The translations under genes were made by a program, and so were the position numbers. Shown piece by piece: positions 9,775 to 16,721 of a stretch of 50,833 nucleotides of DNA. How positions within the stretch are numbered: the first letter of the stretch is position 1; each line of letters begins with the position of its first letter. The DNA comes from Chloroflexota bacterium (GTDB lineage Bacteria; Chloroflexota; Anaerolineae; Anaerolineales; UBA4823): the NCBI GenBank assembly GCA_020346705.1, contig CP070785.1, positions 1,498,788-1,549,620 of the forward strand, read 5' to 3'. The notes below the pieces were generated by a model that was given only the letters and a program-made list of their open reading frames with translations, did no database searches and was not told where the DNA came from.

Positions 9775-10881
9775 TTAATATCTAAGAAGAGCACCAACCT
9801 GATTGAAATCTTGCTCCACCTCGATATCACGTAGAACTTCTACTTCACCACCATCCCGCATGACGCGGCGGACGGCCAATTCAACTGCATCGGTGATTTC
9901 TTCAAACTCATTTTCACAGAATGGGCAGCTGGAGAGTACTTCAGTGGTTAAGTATCCACATCCCTGGCAGCGATAGCCTGGAGCACGATAGCCTTCCCGG
10001 ATGACTAAGGTTTGAATGCGACCGTCATGGACAGCATTCAAAGTGTCTTCTAGGTCAATAACTCCCGCTTGGCCTTTTGCCTCGCTGGTGACAATCATTT
10101 GAACGAGCCTGGTTTGCTTCAAGCGCTCAGCCTCATAACCCACCTGAAGGGCACGATCCATGATTTCTACGTGGCTGGCAGTCTTGCTTATGGGGAATGT
10201 GCCGACGATAAGGCTTTGCCACGCCTTTGGTAAATGGCTGCGAAAGGCATTTACGTTTTTATCGGTACCACCGATCATCACCCGACGGACGTTGTTTTCA
10301 CTAAAGAACTTGGCGGAGAAATCAGCTGCTTCCTTAATATTCCGCTCAGCGACTTCTTTTGTGTAATTTGTTTGTCCCGCTGTCCCACCGCGCCGACCAG
10401 GAGCCTGAGAGCCGCCGCCTCTTTTGGTGCGGCGGACACTCTCCCCGGATAACTCGCTCTCTTTGAGTATTTCACCAAGGTGGAAGTAAAACAGCCGGGC
10501 GCCAATCTTGTCAACCACTGCGATCCCATAACCACCATAAAAATCGAGGATGTCTGCCAGCGGTTTGACATGAGGTCTTTCGCTAATCCGTACCCGATCG
10601 CGAATCGGTACGGCGATTGAGAACACTCTGAAATAGTCCTCAGCTGCACAGGAGAATAAAACAACACCCCTTCCAGACCAATCGAATTCAAAATCAACAT
10701 ATTGGATTACATTTCCGACATCATCTTTCGATTCGACATCCTTCAACATGCTACGTAAGCGTGGTTTATAAGCATCTGCTGTGCCTTTTGATGGGTCAGT
10801 GTTTAGATATACGCTTAATACAGGATGTTCGGTCTTAAAATCCAACAATTCTTGCAAATCTTTTTGGCTAAACATCGGCAT
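9775..10881 (-). CDS. eRF1-fold release-factor homologue, Vms1/ANKZF1-like (VLRF1 / baeRF-type) with a C-terminal zinc ribbon
   Basis: 368 aa. It has the central loop RRTKRGGGSQAPGRRGGTAGQ and the C-terminal CQGCG-x10-CPFCE. Overall domain order resembles eRF1 (N, M with a Gln loop, C). It lacks the RF1/RF2 PxT/SPF motifs. Confidence 0.65.
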   Translation of the reverse strand: MPMFSQKDLQELLDFKTEHPVLSVYLNTDPSKGTADAYKPRLRSMLKDVESKDDVGNVIQYVDFEFDWSGRGVVLFSCAAEDYFRVFSIAVPIRDRVRISERPHVKPLADILDFYGGYGIAVVDKIGARLFYFHLGEILKESELSGESVRRTKRGGGSQAPGRRGGTAGQTNYTKEVAERNIKEAADFSAKFFSENNVRRVMIGGTDKNVNAFRSHLPKAWQSLIVGTFPISKTASHVEIMDRALQVGYEAERLKQTRLVQMIVTSEAKGQAGVIDLEDTLNAVHDGRIQTLVIREGYRAPGYRCQGCGYLTTEVLSSCPFCENEFEEITDAVELAVRRVMRDGGEVEVLRDIEVEQDFNQVGALLRY

Positions 10882-10972
10882 CTCCTTGAATATGTTGGCA
10901 GAAAGATACTCTTTCGGGGACGTACCTGATTAACTGGAATGCGACAAGATAGAACTCGATGAATTATTTTGG

Positions 10973-12199
10973 TTACGGGCGTTTGCCAAGGATCAAATCA
11001 ACTTCAATTTCCTGGTTGTCTCTGAGGATGGTGAAAGTGATAATATCCCCAGGACTTTTTTCTCGCATGAGATAAGAAAGCAAATCACTAAAAGTCTGCG
11101 TGGTTCGACCATCGATTGCAATAATCAGGTCTCCACCGGAAGACAAGTTAAAGAATTCGGTTGACGTAGTCCCTCCACGAATTCCTGCCCGATCGGCAGG
11201 GCTATCGGGAGTAACACTTGTGACATAAACCCCTGAGGCTTGAGGCAAGCCCAAGGCTTCCTGCTGGAGGAGACTGATATCGTTCAAACTGCTGATTCCA
11301 AGATATGGATAATCATAACTTCCTTCACTAATCAGCGATGGAACGACTCGTTTAACAATGTTGATAGCGATGGCGAATCCGATACCCGAGTTAATTGGAT
11401 CGTCTTGGGAATTGATATTGTATGTCTCAATCGCCCTATTTACGCCGATTACCTCCCCATCAAGATTGAGCAGCGGACCTCCAGAATTACCCGGATTAAT
11501 GGCTGCATCGGTTTGGATGATATCGCCTGCGGTGAAAAAACTACCACCAGGCGCTTCGTTCAAGGAAGTGAGTGTACGACCCAGGCTTGATATTATCCCG
11601 GTCGTCATAGTACCGTTGAACCTGAATGGGCTGCCGATAGCAACAACTGTTTGCCCGACTTTGATCTCGTTGGAATCTCCGAGTGGCAGAGGGTGGAGTT
11701 CTTCTGCAGGGGCATTGACTTTGACCACAGCCAAATCAGAGTCAGTGTCAGTGCCAATTACTTCACCACGAACCTTATATCCTGAAGGAAAGTCGACCTC
11801 TAAGTCTGATACCCCATCAATAACATGAAAATTAGTGATGATATGCCCCTCTTTATCAATCACAAAACCAGAGCCAAGACCGTCCCCGGTTTCGGTTAGC
11901 ACCTGAATGGCAACAACTCCGGGATTGGACCGCTCATATATATCAACTAAAATGTTGTTGTTATTAATATCATGATTTTGGACCGCTGCAGGCTCAACAA
12001 CTTGAATTGGAGTTTCCTCAATGACTGGTTCCTCAACAACCGGCGACTCAATAAGAACTGGTTCAGTCACAGAGGTCAAGGTAGGTTGGGGAGGTTCTTC
12101 CGATATTACTATTGAGGGGGAGTTTGTTATCGCCTGACAGGCGAACATAATCATAGCTGCTAAAATAAAAATCACCAATAATTTATTACGATTCTTCAT
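10973..12199 (-). CDS. htrA: HtrA/DegP-family serine protease with a C-terminal PDZ domain
   Basis: It has a signal/anchor segment and a trypsin-like catalytic triad context (TNFHVI..., DLAVVKV, GNSGGPLLN). The PDZ region reads GVYVTSVTPDSPADRAGIRGG...DLIIAIDG. Confidence 0.9.
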   Translation of the reverse strand: MKNRNKLLVIFILAAMIMFACQAITNSPSIVISEEPPQPTLTSVTEPVLIESPVVEEPVIEETPIQVVEPAAVQNHDINNNNILVDIYERSNPGVVAIQVLTETGDGLGSGFVIDKEGHIITNFHVIDGVSDLEVDFPSGYKVRGEVIGTDTDSDLAVVKVNAPAEELHPLPLGDSNEIKVGQTVVAIGSPFRFNGTMTTGIISSLGRTLTSLNEAPGGSFFTAGDIIQTDAAINPGNSGGPLLNLDGEVIGVNRAIETYNINSQDDPINSGIGFAIAINIVKRVVPSLISEGSYDYPYLGISSLNDISLLQQEALGLPQASGVYVTSVTPDSPADRAGIRGGTTSTEFFNLSSGGDLIIAIDGRTTQTFSDLLSYLMREKSPGDIITFTILRDNQEIEVDLILGKRP

Positions 12200-12265
12200 T
12201 ACCTTGGTTCCTTTCAGAAGGTGAACCCTCAGCTAATATTATTCAGAATTGTCTGAATGAAGAAA

Positions 12266-13222
12266 TTATTCCTTGAGCTTTTTTAGCTCAGAAAACAACT
12301 CCTTTTCTTTTGAGGATAATTTTCGTGGGATCTGGATGTTTGTTTTGACGTATAAATCGCCAGATTGATTTGAGTTTTTCAAATGCGGCATGCCACGACC
12401 GGACAGGCGGAATGTTTGTCCTGATTGTGTACCTGCTGGTATAGACAAAACCACAATGCCACTTAAAGTTGGTACTTTGATCTCCCCTCCTAAAACTGCT
12501 GAGTATAAGTCCACATCAACTTCTGTATGCAGATTATCTTTCTTGCGTTTAAAGAGCGGATCATCCGCCACCTGAATAACTAAGTATAAATCACTTTTTG
12601 GAGCATTTGGCGCGGTGGAAATCGCCTCTGATACACGTATTTTCGTGCCGGTTCGTGCTCCAGGAGGAATAATAACCTCTTTTTCACGATTATCGACCTT
12701 AATCCTGCGAGTCGTCCCCTGAAATGCTTCCAATAAACTGATGGTAACGTTTTGTTGAAAGGATTGCGGTCGAGCAGCTGTGCGGGTCCTTGCGCTTCCC
12801 GAACTTCTTTGAGCAGCGCCCATATTGGACATGCCACCAAAAATGCTACGGAAGAAATCTGAGAAATTCCCTAATCCCGAGTCCCCGAACAGGTCTGCAA
12901 AATCACCAACTTCCACGCGTACATTACCGCCACGCGGGTTCTGAACAAACCATTCATCCCAATTGAATCCCCCAGGAGTCCCTCCTCTTTGCTGCCAGCT
13001 GGTATAAGATTCACCCAAACGATCGTAGTGATTTCTTTTCTCAGGATCGCTCAGTACCTGGTAGGCTTCGTTGATTTCTTTGAATTTTTCTTCTGCGGAT
13101 TTGTCCCCTGTATTTCGATCCGGATGGTGTTCGAGGGCTAACTTTCGATATTTACGTTTAATCTCATCATCGGTGGCTGTTCGATCAACACCAAGAACCT
13201 TATAATAGTCTTTATACTCCAT
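12266..13222 (-). CDS. cbpA: J-domain co-chaperone, class II (CbpA/DnaJB-like, no zinc-finger domain)
   Basis: The J domain is DYYKVLGV...[14 protein letters not shown]...EAYQVLSD. A Gly-rich region and two beta-sandwich C-terminal domains follow. There are no CxxCxGxG repeats. Confidence 0.75.
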   Translation of the reverse strand: MEYKDYYKVLGVDRTATDDEIKRKYRKLALEHHPDRNTGDKSAEEKFKEINEAYQVLSDPEKRNHYDRLGESYTSWQQRGGTPGGFNWDEWFVQNPRGGNVRVEVGDFADLFGDSGLGNFSDFFRSIFGGMSNMGAAQRSSGSARTRTAARPQSFQQNVTISLLEAFQGTTRRIKVDNREKEVIIPPGARTGTKIRVSEAISTAPNAPKSDLYLVIQVADDPLFKRKKDNLHTEVDVDLYSAVLGGEIKVPTLSGIVVLSIPAGTQSGQTFRLSGRGMPHLKNSNQSGDLYVKTNIQIPRKLSSKEKELFSELKKLKE

Positions 13223-13297
13223 GTTTTGTTTTCCTTGAAGAGAACAACGCTCTCCAGAGGGGAAATGCGATGAGTTTTATCTGATACTCTTACCTAG

Positions 13298-13327
13298 ATT
13301 GTATGCTGACCAAGGGTGTGAAGTCAA
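13298..13327 (-). promoter_or_regulatory. Sigma-70-type promoter upstream of cbpA (TTGACT-18-TACAAT on the minus strand)
   Basis: Plus-strand AGTCAA at 13322-13327 and ATTGTA at 13298-13303 are the reverse complements of TTGACT and TACAAT. This predicts a leader of about 68 nt. Confidence 0.5.
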
Positions 13328-13383
13328 GCAAATTTTCTGTTTTTTACATATTTCTAACCAAACTATCATTCATTCGGTTAACT

Positions 13384-13426
13384 AAAAACAGCCTCCGCCG
13401 GGGCGGTGAGGAAGCCCAGCGGAGGC
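13384..13426 (-). terminator. Intrinsic terminator-like hairpin on the minus strand, about 150 nt downstream of the DNPH1-like gene
   Basis: GCCTCCGC (13391-13398) pairs with GCGGAGGC (13419-13426), extended by GGG/CCC. On the minus strand the stem is followed by TGTTTTT. Confidence 0.6.
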
Positions 13427-13576
13427 GTTCGCCAAAGGAGGAAACAGCGATGAGTATCAGGACATAGCCTGATTCCCGTTTAATTCTTAGCATATATTAC
13501 ACAAAAAACTTGCGTTCGTTGAATGCCAATCGTCATGATTATCAGGTGATGATACTCACCATAGGAGATGCATGCA

Positions 13577-13999
13577 CTAGGCTTCGATTTGTGAGAGGAA
13601 TTCCTTGAGTAAATGGGGGATATCGTCTTTATTTCGATAAGATCGGACGAGAATTTTCGAATCGATATTCCCGGTAAGCATCTTTGATACACGTAATCCT
13701 TCATTGTGCAGGCATAACACAGGTTTACCTTTTGTCAGGGCACTTGATATCTCATAGCCTACCCCATGGGAGGGAGTACTCACTTCGGCCACTAAAGCAT
13801 GGCATGATTCGATCCAGGCCATGTCACGCTCATAAACATCGACTGGATCTGCACTATCTTCGAGAGACATTACATCAGAACTGGATAGATGGGCAGTGGG
13901 GACTTCATGACCATCGGCCAGCAGTGTATCGACGATAATTTTGTAATATGCCTCATCATCACGCCCCCCGGTAATTGAACAAGCAAAATATATCTTCAT
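13577..13999 (-). CDS. 2'-deoxynucleoside 5'-phosphate N-hydrolase (DNPH1/Rcl)-like, nucleoside 2-deoxyribosyltransferase superfamily
   Basis: 140 aa. It reads MKIYFACSITGGRDD...YERDMAWIESCHALVAEVSTPSHGVGYEISSA. This matches my recollection of the DNPH1 pattern (IYF.GSIRGGR..., D..W....D.VVAEV..PS.GVGYE). Confidence 0.7.
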   Translation of the reverse strand: MKIYFACSITGGRDDEAYYKIIVDTLLADGHEVPTAHLSSSDVMSLEDSADPVDVYERDMAWIESCHALVAEVSTPSHGVGYEISSALTKGKPVLCLHNEGLRVSKMLTGNIDSKILVRSYRNKDDIPHLLKEFLSQIEA

Positions 14000-14006
14000 A
14001 CGAGGA

Positions 14007-14690
14007 TCAAATTTCGGGATTGGTCACCTTGAGCAATTCGACATAATAATCACATATGTCTTGGAGAGGACAATCCGGACAGTTCGGTGTTCTAGCATGG
14101 CAAATTTCACGACCCAAGCGGATCAAATTCAGGTGAATATCGTAATATGTTTCTTCAGGGAATAATTCTGCCAGATAGTCGTGTGCTTGATCGGCGTTCA
14201 TTTTCGCAGGGCGAAGACCCAGACGACCGGTGACTCGATAAATGTGAGTATCAACGGGAAAGGCTGGCTTACCCAAGGAAAATTGCAGAACGATGGCAGC
14301 TGTCTTAGGGCCAACCCCTTTGAACTGCAGCAACCATTCTCGTGCATCTTCGGTCGACATATCAGATAAAAAAGAAAGATCCAAGCTTCCCCGCTGATCT
14401 GTAATCTCTTTTAATATGTTTTGGATTCGCGGCCCTTTCTGATTGGCTAAGCCAGCAGTACGGATCGCCTCTATGACCTTATTGGGATCAGCATCTCGGA
14501 CCTCTTCCCAGGTTGAGAACTTATCTCTAAGCGATTCGAAAGCTCGATCCCGGTTTGTGTCGTTCGTGTTTTGTGAAAGAATAGTGGACACCAGCTCATC
14601 TAAGGGCGGCAGAGGATTTCGCCAGTCTGGGTGGCCATAGAAATCAGCCAGCCGCTGGTATATTTCGAGAGCATGTTCGCGAGAATCCAT
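14007..14690 (-). CDS. Endonuclease III-like HhH-GPD DNA glycosylase with a 4Fe-4S cluster loop
   Basis: It has the HhH-GPD region LLQFKGVGPKTAAIVLQF...FPVDTHIYRV with Lys and Asp in catalytic positions. The C-terminal C-x6-C-x2-C-x5-C motif is CHARTPNCPDCPLQDIC. Confidence 0.85.
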   Translation of the reverse strand: MDSREHALEIYQRLADFYGHPDWRNPLPPLDELVSTILSQNTNDTNRDRAFESLRDKFSTWEEVRDADPNKVIEAIRTAGLANQKGPRIQNILKEITDQRGSLDLSFLSDMSTEDAREWLLQFKGVGPKTAAIVLQFSLGKPAFPVDTHIYRVTGRLGLRPAKMNADQAHDYLAELFPEETYYDIHLNLIRLGREICHARTPNCPDCPLQDICDYYVELLKVTNPEI

Positions 14691-14709
14691 ACTGAAAAAA
14701 GAAGCTTCT

Positions 14710-15768
14710 TTAATAGGGTGAGATAAGATTCAACTTAAATGCTGGGTTTGAGTCACCAATCTCTAAATCTCGCCAATTCTTGAGCGTCCGAGATGGACCA
14801 AATTTAGACAATTTACTTTCCTGTTCGGGGGTAAGTGCATTCAATTGGCGCAGAATCTCGATGGAGATCGCAGGGCGGGCTCTCGATCTCAAATCGCCAT
14901 CAGATATTTTGAATGCAATTCCCAAGGCTGGCGAATCAGCCCCCAGTGCTCCCGGCATTATTCCAAGCGCCTGGTAGCCTTCAGCGCCTCCCTTAGATAC
15001 AATTTGACCGGAGGTTACTTCCATGAGTTGGGTGTCAAACATTCCCGGACCACCTACCATGAAGGCGTTTCCCATCATTGCGGAAGTGATCATCCTACAG
15101 GCATTGGCGCGTTCTCTCGAAAAATCCTGCGGATCACACAGGCGGGCAAAGGCAAGCGCAGCATTATGAAGCGGGACGGCGAAATTCGGAGCAGAACAAC
15201 CATCTATTCCGATGATGATATTCTCCACTGGAACTCCGCTCATCTCGGAGAAAGCCCTCAATATGCTGACCTGAACATTGTGTTCCAGTTCCAAATAATC
15301 TGATGTTGACCAATTATGCATATGCGCGAAGGCAAGCATACCAGTATGTTTTCCGGAACAATTGTGGCGGTTCGGTGTAGCTTCTTCACCCCGTTCACGC
15401 ATTTCTTCAACTGTGGATTTGTCATGGATTGGATGAGTCCCACACATCAATTCCAATTCACTGACCCCAGTTTTTTTCTGTATAGCCTGGATTGACGCAA
15501 CGTGTTTATCCGTCCCTGAGTGAGAAGCACAAATGAGCGCAATTTCTTCCAATGATAGATCAAAATATGCTTGACCATTTTGTTCTATGAATGGAATCGC
15601 TTGAAAAGGTTTGGCTGAAGAACGAAGAAAAGTTCGCGTATTGGGATCGCCGTACCAACCCACCAAACGACCCTGATTATCGGAAATGGCGATCGAACCA
15701 AAATGGATTGATTCTACGAGCTCGCCACGGGTGAGTTCGTAAAGCGGTAATTGGTCTGTTTTCGGCAT
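14710..15768 (-). CDS. Asparaginase II family protein (Rhizobium etli-type L-asparaginase fold)
   Basis: 352 aa. The N-terminal pattern ELTRGELVESIHFGSIAISDNQGRLV...RSSAKPFQA and its length match my recollection of the PF06089-type family. Confidence 0.7.
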   Translation of the reverse strand: MPKTDQLPLYELTRGELVESIHFGSIAISDNQGRLVGWYGDPNTRTFLRSSAKPFQAIPFIEQNGQAYFDLSLEEIALICASHSGTDKHVASIQAIQKKTGVSELELMCGTHPIHDKSTVEEMRERGEEATPNRHNCSGKHTGMLAFAHMHNWSTSDYLELEHNVQVSILRAFSEMSGVPVENIIIGIDGCSAPNFAVPLHNAALAFARLCDPQDFSRERANACRMITSAMMGNAFMVGGPGMFDTQLMEVTSGQIVSKGGAEGYQALGIMPGALGADSPALGIAFKISDGDLRSRARPAISIEILRQLNALTPEQESKLSKFGPSRTLKNWRDLEIGDSNPAFKLNLISPY

Positions 15769-15786
15769 GAAGATTGATGGACTTTA

Positions 15787-16647
15787 TTAATTATTTTCAA
15801 GTGATTCAATAGACTGGTAATGTTGTGAATAGTAATAATAAAGACCATGACGCAAACGCTGGATGTAATGTTTTCTCCGGTTCCCAGGCAGCGACATCCC
15901 AGAAATAAGGTCGGCAATTAACCCTTCTGTCATCTCAGGGGGAGCATCTTTTTTGGATAGTTTTTCCAGTCCGTGCAGTATCTGTTTTAGGATATTTAAT
16001 TGGGATTGAATCCCATTTTTCCCTTTCGAACCACCCCTGCCGCTGATTATTGTATATTCTTGATAAGATGATTGCAGCAATTCAAGTGATTCGATCCAGG
16101 CGGGAAGATCTGCCGAGGCGAGAAAAGGAGGTTGATCATTCAGGATGGTGTCCCCAACGAATATCACTTTTGCGGAATGGATCAAAACCCAAATCGATCC
16201 CAACGTTGGACCAGGATGGTGTTCAAGAATTACCTGCGGACCACCCCATTGGAACAGGAGTCGATCTGAGAAGGTGATGTCTGGTATCGCCCAACGAGTT
16301 CCAAATACATCGTTGCTGACTTCCCATTCTGATCCACTGTCCGCGCTGTGGCCTTTAAATACGGAGGGGCGGTTGCGAAAAACCTGCGCGGTTGTTTGGT
16401 GAGCTACAATCGTGCTATCCAAGGCACGAGAACCCAGCGTGCGATCGAGATGAGCATCCAGGTTGACAAGAAGCCTATTCGAACCAATGGAGAGATTGGT
16501 AATTGAGGCTCGCCAGGTACGGGCGTCCTCAGCCCTCAAAGGGGCATCAACCATAATTGTCCCATGAGGAAGGATCAAGGCACCAAGTGTCACTCCCGCA
16601 AAAGCGTCTTCGATGTAGATGCCGGGTGCGATTTGACGCATATACAC
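15787..16647 (-). CDS. Metallo-beta-lactamase-fold protein with a degenerate metal-binding motif
   Basis: It has the MBL-like beta-sandwich order (GIYIEDAF...ILPHGTIMVDAP...). The canonical HxHxDH is DAHLDR, and later ligand positions read HHPGPTLGS and SGRGG. Confidence 0.55.
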   Translation of the reverse strand: MYMRQIAPGIYIEDAFAGVTLGALILPHGTIMVDAPLRAEDARTWRASITNLSIGSNRLLVNLDAHLDRTLGSRALDSTIVAHQTTAQVFRNRPSVFKGHSADSGSEWEVSNDVFGTRWAIPDITFSDRLLFQWGGPQVILEHHPGPTLGSIWVLIHSAKVIFVGDTILNDQPPFLASADLPAWIESLELLQSSYQEYTIISGRGGSKGKNGIQSQLNILKQILHGLEKLSKKDAPPEMTEGLIADLISGMSLPGNRRKHYIQRLRHGLYYYYSQHYQSIESLENN

Positions 16648-16721
16648 TCCCAGAGAAAAATCAGAAAATGTCCAGTAGAATAAGGTAGATAGACTACCAG
16701 GAAGACCTGCTGTCTTGTGGA

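Noticed and set aside
12241-12258. A palindrome, ATTCAG-N6-CTGAAT, between cbpA and htrA that resembles the gmd/regulator operator arms.
   Set aside because: Its spacer is 6 nt rather than 3. The flanking AAT/ATT extension and the TATAAT context are missing, and the site is unrelated to the glycan cluster. It is most likely a chance match of a 6-mer palindrome.
13434-13467. A strong SD-like AAAGGAGG followed 8 nt later by ATG AGT ATC AGG ACA TAG (a 5-codon ORF) on the plus strand.
   Set aside because: No plus-strand gene lies downstream for a leader peptide to regulate. On the minus strand the purine tract is better explained as the complement of the CCUCC-rich 3'-UTR. A 5-codon ORF cannot be supported from sequence alone.
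13480-13704. A 74-aa minus-strand ORF overlapping the 3' end of the DNPH1-like gene and extending into the intergenic region.
   Set aside because: It is out of frame with, and overlaps, the well-supported DNPH1-like CDS. It has no SD or motif.
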